A DNA stretch of 64,000 bases, from contig JAIVFI010000021.1 in NCBI GenBank assembly GCA_025558095.1, positions 1-64,000 on the forward strand, written 5' to 3'. Below the pieces are notes generated by a model that ran no database searches, was not told where the DNA came from, and saw only the letters and a program-made list of their open reading frames with translations. Position numbers and translations under genes: made by a program. This stretch comes from Hyaloraphidium curvatum SAG 235-1 (taxonomy: Eukaryota > Fungi > Monoblepharomycota). Of this stretch, positions 35,559-45,974 are shown piece after piece; the first letter of the stretch is position 1; each line of letters starts with the position of its first letter.

Positions 35559-37589
35559 ATGGCCCTCCTCCTCAACGCCCTAGCGGATGACGCCGTGGCG
35601 GGCGCTGCACCGTGTCCCGCCGCCCGCCGCGCGACCACGTGCGCCCTCTCGGACCTCGCCGCGCGCGACGTCTCGGGCATGCTTCTAGCCCCCCGCTACG
35701 CCTGCGCCGCCTCGTTCCTGCTCGGCGTGCAGTGGCTGGACCGCCAGCTGGGCGGCGCCTTCCGGCTCGCAAGGGATGGCGGCCTCGTCGTCGCGCAGAC
35801 GCAGGGCCCCGCCGACGCCGCGTACCGCGCGCAGGTGCAGGGGACCTTTGGCGAAAAGTGGCAGTTTGCCGGGCCGACGAACCTGCCGCCGTACGGGAGC
35901 CAGCACGCCAAGTTCGTCGTGCTCGCGTACGACGCGTTCGTCAGGGTGGCCATCGTCAGCAACAACTTGATCCCGAAGGACTTTGAGCGCAAGACGGGCA
36001 GCGTCTTTGTGCAGACCTTTCCCCTTCGTCCTGCTACCGGCGTCGCATTCGAGCAGCCGGCGACGGCTGCGGGCAAATCGGACTTTGGCACCCTGTTCTC
36101 CGAGTTTCTGAGGAAGATGCAGGGGGGCGGCGTGCCGGTCGGCCCCTTGGTCGCCCAGCTCGCCCGCTTCGACTTCTCGGGCGCCCGCGCCGACTTTGCC
36201 GCCAGCGTCCCAGGCACCTTTGCCGCGACCGCCGACGCCGACAAGTGGGGCCACACGAGGGTCGCCGCGCTGCTCCGCCGCCTCGGTCCCGCGGAATCGC
36301 ACGACGACGAGCGGCTGTTCTTCCAGTACTCGAGCCACGGCAGCTTCTACACCAACCGCAAGCCCAACCTGCTGGAGCAGTTTGCCGCCTCGTTCAGCGT
36401 GCAGCGCACCGCGCCGCCCGCCGCCGGCCCGGCCGCGCGCGCGGGGAGCAAGCGGCCCGCCGACCCGGGCGTGATCGACCTCACCTCGGACGACGAGAGC
36501 ACGGGGCCCGCCGCACGTGCCTCCTCCTCCTCATCCGCCTCGGCCTTCCTCCGCCCGCCGCGCCCCCTCCCCGTCGAGCTCGTCTGGCCCGCCGCCGACT
36601 TTGTACGCCGCTCCACCGAGGGCTGGTCCGGCGGCTCCTCCGTCCCCGGCCCGAACCGGCACCACACACCCGACGTCACGCAGTTCTGGCGGCTGTACGA
36701 AGGTGCACCGGGTGCCGGGCGGGACCGGAGCATCCCGCACATCAAGACCTTCGGACGGTACCGCCCGCTCGCCGCCGGCGCCGGCATCGGGCTCGCATGG
36801 CTCTACACGGGCTCGTCAAACTGCAGCGGCGCGGCGTGGGGGGTCGTCGAGAATCCCAAGGGCAAGTCGCGCCAGGTGCGCATCCTCTCGTACGAGGCCG
36901 GGGTGCTCTGCACGCCCGGGCGGTGGGCGGCGGGGCTGGCGATCGAGGCGGCGCAGGTGGCCATGGGGAGGTTTCCGGCGGAGGCGTGGTCGGGGTGCTC
37001 GGGGATGGCGTTTGCGGGGCCCGGCGGGGAGCAGGGAGTTCGTGGGGAGGCGGGGAGTGGAGGGGGGCACGCAATCGGGGGCAACGGGTCTGCGTTCCCG
37101 GGCTCGGGCAACGTGCTCGGCCGCTCGGGCACGCCGCCCGCCTGGCGCGCGGGGCTGCCGATCCCGGGCGACAAGGCACGGCCGGGTGGCGGCGCGGATG
37201 CGAGCCAAGGCTCCGGATCGCAAGCCTCGCAGGCCAACGCCTCCAACTCGCCAGGTTCGGTCGCAAGTTTGCAGGACGACATCATCGCCAGGCCGGGCAC
37301 CCCCACCCCCTCCACCGTCGTCTTCCGCGCGACTCCCTGGCCGGAGCTCCGCCACGCGTCGCGCTCCCCTCCCCCGGGCATCGTCTGGCTCCCCGTCCCG
37401 TTCCGCCTCCCCCCGCGCCGCTTCCCCGCCGGCGAACCAGGGTGGGCGATCGAGGGCGCGCCGCAGGGCGGGGTGGGGTTTCCGGGCAGGGACGGGTACG
37501 GCAGGTTCGTGGGGGAGGGGGCGCACAGCGTGGTGGCGGAGCCGTTGCCGGTGGCGCCGGATCCGGGGCCGCTCGTGGACGGGACGTGA
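35559..37589 (+). CDS. TDP1: Tyrosyl-DNA phosphodiesterase 1 family protein
   Basis: Two HKN motifs: YGSQHAKF...VRVAIVSNNL and IPHIKTF...WLYTGSSNCSGAAWG; ASVPG, FQYSS, ILSYEAGVL, LPVPFRLPP; intronless. Confidence 0.9.
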   Translation: MALLLNALADDAVAGAAPCPAARRATTCALSDLAARDVSGMLLAPRYACAASFLLGVQWLDRQLGGAFRLARDGGLVVAQTQGPADAAYRAQVQGTFGEKWQFAGPTNLPPYGSQHAKFVVLAYDAFVRVAIVSNNLIPKDFERKTGSVFVQTFPLRPATGVAFEQPATAAGKSDFGTLFSEFLRKMQGGGVPVGPLVAQLARFDFSGARADFAASVPGTFAATADADKWGHTRVAALLRRLGPAESHDDERLFFQYSSHGSFYTNRKPNLLEQFAASFSVQRTAPPAAGPAARAGSKRPADPGVIDLTSDDESTGPAARASSSSSASAFLRPPRPLPVELVWPAADFVRRSTEGWSGGSSVPGPNRHHTPDVTQFWRLYEGAPGAGRDRSIPHIKTFGRYRPLAAGAGIGLAWLYTGSSNCSGAAWGVVENPKGKSRQVRILSYEAGVLCTPGRWAAGLAIEAAQVAMGRFPAEAWSGCSGMAFAGPGGEQGVRGEAGSGGGHAIGGNGSAFPGSGNVLGRSGTPPAWRAGLPIPGDKARPGGGADASQGSGSQASQANASNSPGSVASLQDDIIARPGTPTPSTVVFRATPWPELRHASRSPPPGIVWLPVPFRLPPRRFPAGEPGWAIEGAPQGGVGFPGRDGYGRFVGEGAHSVVAEPLPVAPDPGPLVDGT

Positions 37590-37695
37590 GGGTGGGACGA
37601 AAAATGAGCGAGGGCGAGAACGATAGACGGACGGGTAGACGGACTAGCAGTTAGGTAGATCGAGAGAGAGAAGCTCAATAGGCATGGATCGCACA

Positions 37696-39021
37696 TCACG
37701 TCCTGCCCGTCGGCACCGCGAGCCCGGTCCCCCGAACCGGCTCGGCCGCAGCAGCCAACACCCCTTCTGCCCCGCCGTTCGCCGCCGCGCTCATCTCCGT
37801 GCCCCCGTCGTCGGGGAGCACCACCTCGACCTCGAACTCGACCCCCACCTCGTCCCTGCAAAGCGGGCACACCACCGTCTTGTGCACCCTCCTCTTCTCT
37901 ATCCTCCCCTCACCATCCGGCTGCTGCTCGGCCCTCGGTCCGTTGCAGCACACCCGCACCCACCCGACGCCGCAGGGGTAGCAGAACTGCCCGTGCCCGC
38001 ACGGCAGCCGGAGCACCTCGGATGACGGGGCCAGCTCGCGCTCGAGGCAGATCAGGCACGGGTCGCCCTTTTTGCGGCCCGGGGTGCGGAGGGGGGAGTG
38101 TGGTTGCATGGAGGGGGTGGGGAGCCGCGGAGGCGGGGCGGGGGAGGCGGAGTTGGGGCGGAAGGGCGGGGAGACGGGCTGGGCGGGGGGGAGGGGCTGG
38201 TCCAGGGGTATCGAGGGGTCGGGGAGGGGGGGAAGGGGGAGGTCGCCGAGGCCGGAGGCGAGCCAGGGGGAGGCGGGGGAGGTTGGGGTGCCGAAGGCCG
38301 TTGGCGGGGTGAGGTGGGGAGAGTCGGCGACGGGGTTGGGGTTGAGGAGGGCTGAAGGGCGGATGGCCGGGCTAAGGGTGGTCACCCGCGGCGACCGGAG
38401 AATGCGGCGGTGCGTGAGAGTGAGGGCTTCGGGGAGCAGGAGGGGAGTGGGAGCCGCAGAGTTGGCTACGCTGGGGGCTCGCCCCGGAGTTCCGGCAAAT
38501 GCTGCCGGCGTGGCCTGAGGGGCGATACCGGTCCCCGTGCCGCCAGCAGCGACAAACGGCGTGGCCGGCGTGCACAGCACCAGCTCGCCGGCCTTGACCA
38601 CCCAGCCCGGCCGCAGCGAGGTCGTTGTGCTCCCCCACTTTGCCGGCTTGAACACCTCCCTGACCTGCTCCTCGGCGATCGGCACCAGATCCTCCGGTCT
38701 TTCCGGCCTCGCCGCCCTCCGTGCCGCCTCGGCCGCCGCAATCCGCTCCCTCAGTTCCGCCAGCCGCGCCTCGAGCCGCGCCCGCCGCTCCTCCGTCAGG
38801 CGCTTCGCCTGCCTGCGCCCCATGACGCAGAACAGGATGCCGAGCGCCAGCGTGGCCACCGCCATCATCACGTACAATGCGATCGCGGTTGTCGGCGGCG
38901 GCGCCGGGCCGGACGGCGGCGGCGGCGGCGCGGGCGACGGCGTCCCGGAAACATCGGTTGCCGTCCCCACCGCACCGGTCCCTGTGGGCCCGCCGCCCGC
39001 CACGCTGGTCGGCGTCGCCAT
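37696..39021 (-). CDS. Single-pass membrane RING-finger E3 ligase-like protein, copy 2
   Basis: TM (IALYVMMAVATLALGILFCVMG), KWGSTTTSLRPGWVVKAGELVL motif shared with copy 1, CLICLERELAPSSEVLRLPCGHGQFCYPC...CPLC. Confidence 0.82.
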   Translation of the reverse strand: MATPTSVAGGGPTGTGAVGTATDVSGTPSPAPPPPPSGPAPPPTTAIALYVMMAVATLALGILFCVMGRRQAKRLTEERRARLEARLAELRERIAAAEAARRAARPERPEDLVPIAEEQVREVFKPAKWGSTTTSLRPGWVVKAGELVLCTPATPFVAAGGTGTGIAPQATPAAFAGTPGRAPSVANSAAPTPLLLPEALTLTHRRILRSPRVTTLSPAIRPSALLNPNPVADSPHLTPPTAFGTPTSPASPWLASGLGDLPLPPLPDPSIPLDQPLPPAQPVSPPFRPNSASPAPPPRLPTPSMQPHSPLRTPGRKKGDPCLICLERELAPSSEVLRLPCGHGQFCYPCGVGWVRVCCNGPRAEQQPDGEGRIEKRRVHKTVVCPLCRDEVGVEFEVEVVLPDDGGTEMSAAANGGAEGVLAAAAEPVRGTGLAVPTGRT

Positions 39022-39464
39022 TTCGTCCCGTAAAATTCCTGTTCCGCCGGTCACGTCCCGGCCCGAGTCCGTTTTGGGGCCGCGGCGGCGGTGTCCTCGC
39101 CACCCAGCGGCGAGTCACGCGCCCTCTGCCCCGGCGGAACCACGCCGGCCGCCGGTGCCGGCCGCGGAAAAAGCGAGAAAATGGGCCGGGCGGGCCGCAG
39201 CGCTCCGCCAGAGGGTGTTCCGGCCGGTCCTCGGGCCTCGAGAATAGGATCCCCGTGGGTGCTTCTCCGAGGGCTGAACCACTCGGCGCTCGTGCTGCCC
39301 TCGTGGTGGCGTAATCCCCTGCCAAACGCGGCGTTGACGGAAATCGATCAGGCTTTGGAGACAATGTAAGGAAGATCTACTCGAACGCAATGTCAAGCAG
39401 GGCAGCCCTATTTGCCGAGCTGGACTCTATCCGCACGACGCCTCCTCACTTTAGCAGCCTGACG

Positions 39465-40388
39465 CTACTCCTTCCCTTCCAGCGCCTTCCGGTACATGTT
39501 CCCCAGGTGCGGCAGCGCCTTGTCCGACATCTCCGGCACCAGCTTCCTCCTCCCCTCCTGCCTCTCCTCCAGCGCCTTGATCCCCGGGCGCTCCTTCATC
39601 GCGTCCCGCAGCTTCACCAGCTCCGGGTAGCGCGTTTCCTCGCCCGGCAGGATGGCGGGGGGCCATTCGACCAGCGTCTGGTAGGTATAGTGGTCCGCGA
39701 CGGTGATCTGGGAGCCGAGGAGGTAGGGCCCGGAGGCGTGGAAGGGGTTTTTGGCGTAGCGGGACTCGATAACGTCGAGGATGAGCGGGCGAGATTGCTC
39801 GTAGCTGCGAAGGTGAGGAAAGTGAGATTGCGAGGGCGGGGCGGCGCAGAGGAGGCACGCACGGGGGGGCGCGCCGGTTCACGCGCCAATCCTGGTTTAG
39901 GTCGAGCATCTGCCGCCCCATCCGGCATCAGTCCCCGTTGCACGCGTCCGGCACGGCAACGCGCACCTCGTCCACGAGCAGCGCCTTCTCCGTGTCCTCC
40001 ACCGGGTAATAGGACTTGTCGGCCCTCCTCGCCACGTAGCGCACCGCCGCCAGGTGCTCCCCCACGATCCTCCCGTCCGGCAACTCCAAATAAGGCACCG
40101 TGCCGAGGTTGATCTTTGCTTCCAGCGCGCTTTTTTTGTTGGCGGGCCACTCCTCGAGCGTGCCCACGATCTTGTCCTCGAAGGGGACGCCGAGGTCCGC
40201 GAGCACGAGGCGGAGGTTGTTGCCGCGGGAGATGGGAAAGTCCCTGCGTGTTTTTCGGGCGCGAGATCCGGCGGAGGGTGCGCGCGGAGGATGGGGGAGG
40301 TGAGAGGGAGACACACAGGACGCGCCGGGCGGCCGCACCAGTAGACCACCTTGACGGGGCCGCCGAAGACGTCGTTGACGGCGGCCAT
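39465..40388 (-). CDS. Glutathione S-transferase (sigma/pi-like), 4 exons
   Basis: KVVYWDFPISRGNNLRLVLADLGVPFED, GTVPYLELPDG, AVRYVAR, YLLGSQITVAD, YPELVKLRDAMKERPGIK; three GT-AG introns. Confidence 0.88.
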
Positions 40389-40728
40389 CGCGCTCAAAAT
40401 GGCGGGAGGCGGCGCGAAGGCGGGATCCGTGCTGCGGGGTGGGGGTTTGGGCGGCGGCACGCGGATTGCCGCCACGTCGGAGGAAACGACGCGACGGATG
40501 CTAGAGACGGATGTTGCTACTCGATTCTACTTGATATGCATATAGTCAGCTAGCCAACATGCCCAGTTGCGAGAGGTTCTAGTGTTCTACCGTCCAGGAA
40601 GGACGACTGACGAGCCCACGACCACGTTCTGTAGTGCCCAACGATTCCGTGTCTGGCGAGAAGCAGGGAGATGCAAAATGTCCAGCTAGCAAGTCCAGCA
40701 GCCCCGATATCAAGGAAGATGACGATGC

Positions 40729-41601
40729 TCAGCAGACGGTGCCAAGGGGGGCGATCGGATCAGGGCCAGCAGGTTCGAGACTGCCACCAAGGCCTGTGGC
40801 GGCCGCGAATGCGGTCCCAAAGTCGGACTGCCCGTCCGCGGCAGATCCAAGTCCGATTCCGCCGGCGGCTTGTATGCCGTAGCCGGGGATCGCGTCGTCC
40901 CAGAGGACGACCTCGGCGTCTATCCAGCCCGGCCCCAGGATGACTCCCATCTCCCCGACCACCGCTCCGGCCGCCTTGAACTCGGCAACCAAAGAGTTCC
41001 ACTTGGCCTCGAAGTCGGCCTGCACGGCGTGGGCCCTCGACCACGCGGCCCCGTAGGCGCGGAACAGCGCGCACCCCGCGGCCCCCGGGTCCGCGGCGAT
41101 GGTCCGCGCCACCCTCCCCGCCAAACCCGCCGCAACCTCCCACCCCACCCTGTGCTCTGCGAGCAGGATCGCGGCCCTCGCTGCGAACTCGGATCGGAGG
41201 AACGGGAGCACGTGCTTCAGGGCCCGGGAGGCGCAGGGACCCCTGAGCTGCGGGGCGGCGGCGGCCAGGCGGAGCAGGTCGGCGGGCTGCAGATAATCGA
41301 GGGGTCGCGGGGCGAGCTCGGGGGGGAGGTCGAGCAGCGGGAATGGGGCGGGGGAGCAGGGGGTGACAGTCGGAGGGCCCGTCCGGGAAGCGGGTTCCCC
41401 GCCATTCGCCCCTCGTGGGCGGTGCAGGGCGAGCTCCGTGGCGAGCGCCGAGGCGACGGGATCGCCTGCGTGGCGCCCGAAGCGCCGCAGCGCCGGGCGG
41501 AGCACGTCGACGGCGGCGCGGGTGAGCGGCCGCGAGAGCGGGTCGGCGGTCCCCGGCAGCCGCCTGCGATCGCCCGCGGCGGGGCCGGGATCGCGCGGCA
41601 T
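40729..41601 (-). CDS. F-box-like protein
   Basis: LLDLPPELAPRPLDYLQPADLLRLAAAAPQLR is a recognisable F-box motif; the C-terminal part has no recognisable domain and the start is uncertain. Confidence 0.55.
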   Translation of the reverse strand: MPRDPGPAAGDRRRLPGTADPLSRPLTRAAVDVLRPALRRFGRHAGDPVASALATELALHRPRGANGGEPASRTGPPTVTPCSPAPFPLLDLPPELAPRPLDYLQPADLLRLAAAAPQLRGPCASRALKHVLPFLRSEFAARAAILLAEHRVGWEVAAGLAGRVARTIAADPGAAGCALFRAYGAAWSRAHAVQADFEAKWNSLVAEFKAAGAVVGEMGVILGPGWIDAEVVLWDDAIPGYGIQAAGGIGLGSAADGQSDFGTAFAAATGLGGSLEPAGPDPIAPLGTVC

Positions 41602-42051
41602 GGCGTCCACGGGCGTGTTCGGGGCTCGGCGGCCGCGGGCGGGCCGGTCAGGTGTGCCTGAGCTTTGGGGATTATCGGATTTGGGTGGCGCGATTGGTCT
41701 TCACGTGCCGGTGGGAGGCACTGCTCGCCACGGCCGTGCGTCGAGAAGCGGACGGCGGGGCCCGGATCCGTGCCGTGATACGAGAAAGTGCGGTGGACAC
41801 GGTGGATGACGGTTCGCGCCCGGTGTGCACGATGCCCGAGCCGAGCTTGGAACTTTCGGTTGAGCCTGGCGGTGGCGTCACTCTCCGAATCCCCGCCTCC
41901 CGGTCCGCATCCCGCTGCCCGTCCGCCCCGCCCACCCGACCGGTGGTGGACATGCTTTTTCGGATTCCGCCGGATGTTCTTCGCCGCAGATCCGCCGGTC
42001 CTCGGCCTCCCGCCCGCCGCGAGTCCCACCGCCCGTCACGTGCTGACGCCG

Positions 42052-42287
42052 CACCGTCTCCCCGCAACCGAAATGACCCGATCGCGCTCCCGGTCCGCTT
42101 CCTCGCACACATGATCGCCGTCCAGCGCCGCGGGAGGCATTTTTCCGCCCGGGTCCGCTGCTCCGCCGGCCTCTGGCGCCACGCTGGGCTCTCTCTCCCC
42201 TCGCTCTGACTCATGCAAACACAGAACATCTGATTTCTCCCACTTCAACATTGGCCATCGGCACGCTACACGATTGGAATCGGACAC
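42052..42287 (+). repeat. Direct repeat copy 1 (~236 bp)
   Basis: Matches 45489-45726 with about 7 substitutions and one 2-nt indel by manual alignment. Confidence 0.95.
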
Positions 42288-42308
42288 ATTTTTCCACAAC
42301 AACCTCCA

Positions 42309-45012
42309 TCAGTCGTCCTCGGACGAGAACGAGTTGTCCTCGTCGTCGGCGGGTAGGTTCGCGTCGATGTAGTTCTTCGGAAGCTCCCCGTCCCCCGCGT
42401 CGCCCTGCTCGGATCCGCCGTCCTGCTGGCCGCCCTGCTGCGACGACCCGGTGTCCTGCCCGGTTTTCTTGTACCCCGCCTGGAAGACCGCGCCTTCGCC
42501 GGAGCTGTCGTCGTCGATGAAGCTGCTGTCCTCGTCGTCCGCGTCGTTTTCCTCCTTGCCGTTGACGAAGACGTCCGGCTGGCGGACCTTCTGGAAGTTG
42601 GAGAAGCGGTTGAACCGCGGGTCCTTGTCCGCCTGCAACGCGCGAAGGACGGTCAGGCGCGCCGGTCTGCCGTGCGCTGCGGGCACGCGAGCCCACCTGA
42701 GCGCCCGCCAGGATCCGCTCGAGCTGCTGCCCCGACGCCCTGGCGAGGTTCGCCAGCTCGCCGGGCAGGAACTGCAGGGGCATCGAGTCCACCTTCGCCG
42801 CCTTGGCACGACATGGCGGCGGTCAGTCTCTGCCGTACGCCGCCCCACACCGGACGCGCAACCCACCGCCTCGCCCGCGGCCCGCAGGTCCTGCAGCGTG
42901 ATGGGCTTCAGGTCGGGGTGCACCGGCGCGGAAAAGAAGGGGTGCTCGAGGATTTTGAGCGTGTCGGTGACCCAGCCTTTGCGGGGGCGGGGCCCCTGCA
43001 GCGTGGAGGCGCCGAGGCGCCTGCGCGGGTCTGGGGGCGGGCGGTGAGCGGCGGGACGGGGGATGCGCCAAGGAAGCTGCGGACCGGGGTGCATCAGCCT
43101 GGTGATCAGGTCCCGCGCGTTCTGGAGGTCCTTGGGGTACTTGAACTTGGGGCTCGGCGACAGGTTGGTGAGGTCGAGGAACGAGGTGTCCTGCTTCTCT
43201 CTGCGCACGATGGGACGCCGGTCGGCCGGTCAGCACGGTGCGGCTGCGCATCGCCGCCGGATCCCACGAAATGTCTTCCAGCATCCGGTCCCAGTCGACG
43301 AGCCCCTGCAGCGGACGGTGCAATCAGTGCGATCCCGGGAAGGAGCCGAGTTGGGAGCCACCCACGCAGACTTTGTTGCCCTTGATGTGCGGCAAATGGA
43401 GCCCCGCATACTCGCCCACGCGGCATTCCCCCGACTGCCCGCCCGTCACCATCTGGTAAAGGATGACGCCCTGGAGAGGGGGCCGGCAATGAGCCTGGAC
43501 CCGTGCGGGCGGTCGCACCCGGCAACGCACTAGGGCAAAGATGTCCGCGCTCTCGGTCGCGCAGTCCGTCTCCGCCGCCTCCTCGAGCCACTCCTCCTCG
43601 TTGCCGCCCCTGATCGCCGCCCGCTGCGCCAGGTGCAGCCTGTTGAAGACCACCGAGACCTCGGGCGCCCTGACGGCCCCGTCGCCGCTCCCCGTGTAGA
43701 CGCAGAACTTGTTCTTGCCCGTCCCCGCGACGAGGTTCCGGCGGAAGGTGGCGCTGCCAAAGTCCCCGATCCGGGGCATGCCGTCGAACCCGACGAGGAT
43801 GTTGGCGGCCTTGAGGTCCTTGTGGACGATGCCGTTGGTGTGCAGGAAGGCGAGGCCGTAGACGATGCGGGCAAAGGTCTGGCGCGTGTCGTCGAAGGAC
43901 AGGTCCTTGAGGTGTTTGGTGAGGTCGCCGGAAGCGAGGCCGTAGACGGTCTTCTTGACGGTCTTGATCGGGTCTTCGGGGTCGGTTTCCTTCCTGCGTC
44001 GTCCATCCGGCGGGGTGAGGACGGACGGAAGGATCGCCCCGGCGGCGGAACCCACCAGGACCCGTAGGAGCGGACGACGAACGGGCCGCCGTTGATCTTC
44101 AGAAAGAGTTCGTCCTCGTTGTCCCCCGCGAACCGGTTCTCGGAGTTCGGAATGATGTCACCGTCATTGGTTTTCTGGAAGTAGTTGAGCGTCTTGAGGG
44201 CGAAGATTGCGGGCTGGCGGATGGGCGGCCGGTGAGGCGGCCAGAAAGCGGGCGGGGAAAGCAAGCGCGGAGCTCACCTGCCGCGCCTCTACGCTGCCAA
44301 TCAAGCCGACCTTGGACACGCTGCCGTAGTGGCCTTTGCCGAGGGAGCTTTCATCGGCCTGGCACCGCAGCATTAGCAACCCCTGTCGGTGCCGCGCAAC
44401 CCTCCCGCCAGCCCCACTCACGTAGAAATCGGTGATCGGCTTCAGGGCCAGGGGCGTCAACAAACCCTTGGGCAGGTTCCCGCGCGCAATCTCGTTGGCG
44501 GGCAGCACGGGGAAGGAGCCCCCGCCCGAGCGCGGCTTGCTCGTCTGCTGGTCCTGCGGCGCGTCCTGGGGTGCGTCCTCCGGGGGGACTTCCGGGGGCG
44601 GGTTGCGGTTGCGGCCCCTTCCGCCGCGGGATCCGCCGCCGGTCCGCCCGTTGCCATTGCCGCGCGAGCCGGACTTGGCCCCCTCGCCGGTTTGGGTGTC
44701 CGGCTTCGAGCCGCCGCCGGAGCGCCCGCCGCCGGAGCGCCCGCCGCCGGACCGCCCGCCGCCGGACCGCCCGCCGCCCGAGCGCCCGCCGCCGGAAACG
44801 CGCCCCGCGGATCCTTTGCCACCGCTGGTGCCGCCTCCGCCGCTTCTGCCCCCGGCGGTGCCCCCGCGGGTGCTATCCCCATTTCCGTTGCCAGTGCGCC
44901 CGCCGCGCCCGCCGCGCTGCCGCCCCGGCTTCTCCGACGCGACGCCCGGGTGCGCGAGGGCCACGAGGAGGAGCAGCGCTAGCACGGCGACGAGCAGCGT
45001 CGAGGAGCGCAT
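42309..45012 (-). CDS. Ser/Thr protein kinase (AGC-like, non-RD) with N-terminal signal peptide; about 9 introns
   Basis: MRSSTLLVAVLALLLLVALAHPGVA signal; spliced kinase motifs LGKGHYGSV, FALK, HKDLKAANIL, DFG, APE, DIFALG, DPRRRLG...ILEHPFF; acidic tail. Confidence 0.85.
44711..44795. repeat. 15-bp tandem repeat encoding (GGGRS)n in the kinase N-terminal linker
   Basis: CCGCCGCCGGA(G/C)CGC units repeated 5-6 times. Confidence 0.9.
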
Positions 45013-45488
45013 TGCGGATGTCGAGTGGGAGCGGAAAAGGGTTGGTTGTCGGGGAGGAAAGGTGGGTCCACTGACGCAATGCCAGTGCGGCCGCCCAGGA
45101 ACAGCCCCCATCGGACATTCAGTAAACCACCAGGATCTTCGAAATCGATTACTGATTCGTGCTCGCCATCGTTATTCGCGAATGGTCCGACGAGATTTTG
45201 GTCTGGTTCGGGACTGATCGCCGAGCTTGTCTGACTCGTCTCTGCTTGTGCAAGGAAGTCCAGGGAGAGCAAATGGGTGGCTCCGCAAGCTGAGCACGCT
45301 GTGAGCTCAATCTCACATTCCAGAAGAAGACCACTCGCGCACGATACCCGCGGCCTCGTCTAGATCATTGCAGGGCCCCGCACCGAGTATCACTGCCTGG
45401 GCCAAGTGAGGTGGTCGAACGCCGGCAGCAAGATGTCCCGCCGCGCCCGCAAACGGCTCGAAACCATCGACTGCTGGGGCGACCCGGA

Positions 45489-45726
45489 CACCGTCTCCCC
45501 GCAACCGAAATGACCCGATCGCGCGCCCGGCCCGCTTCCTCGCACACATGATTGCCGTCCACCGCCGCGGGCGGCATTTTTCCGCCCGGGTCCGCTGCTC
45601 CGCCGGCCTCTGGCGCCACGCTGGGCTCTCTCTCCCCTCGCTCTGACTCATGCAAACACAGAACATCTGATTTCTCCCACTTCAACATTCGCCGTCGGCA
45701 CGCTACACGATTGGAATCGAGGACAC
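45489..45726 (+). repeat. Direct repeat copy 2 (~238 bp)
   Basis: Same sequence as 42052-42287; both contain TGACTCA. Confidence 0.95.
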
Positions 45727-45819
45727 GTACCCAAGTGGTTCTGTATGACAGGGCCAAAGCGTCGCCTTGGAAGGAACCGTCATCGCCATCCGATCTGATG
45801 ACACGTCCCACCAGTATAG

Positions 45820-45929
45820 GGCGACGGGAGCGGGACGGGAGAGAGCAGTGCAGGTGCGGGCCGAAGATCGTGTGCCCGCTGTGCAGGTACGAGATCGGGG
45901 TCGGGTTTGACGTCGGTGCGAACGTGTAG
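45820..45929 (+). pseudogene. 3' remnant of a third TM-RING gene
   Basis: KIVCPLCRYEIGVGFDVGANV* matches VVCPICRYKIGIGFDVEVAV* (34022 copy) and VVCPLCRDEVGVEFEVEV (37696 copy); the rest of the gene is absent. Confidence 0.8.
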
Positions 45930-45974
45930 GAGGGCGGGCTTTGGTTCCGAAAACGAGGGAGCCGGGCACAGCCC

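Noticed and set aside
1619-44421. Apparent excess of stop-free introns with length divisible by three
   Set aside because: About ten among several dozen introns is roughly what short GC-rich introns would give by chance; needs genome-wide statistics.
44711-44795. CRISPR-like array
   Set aside because: Contiguous 15-bp coding repeats with no spacers; eukaryotic context and no cas genes.
42052-45726. LTR retrotransposon interpretation of the direct repeats
   Set aside because: No TG...CA termini, no evident target-site duplication or PBS/PPT, no gag/pol; the interior is an intron-containing kinase gene.
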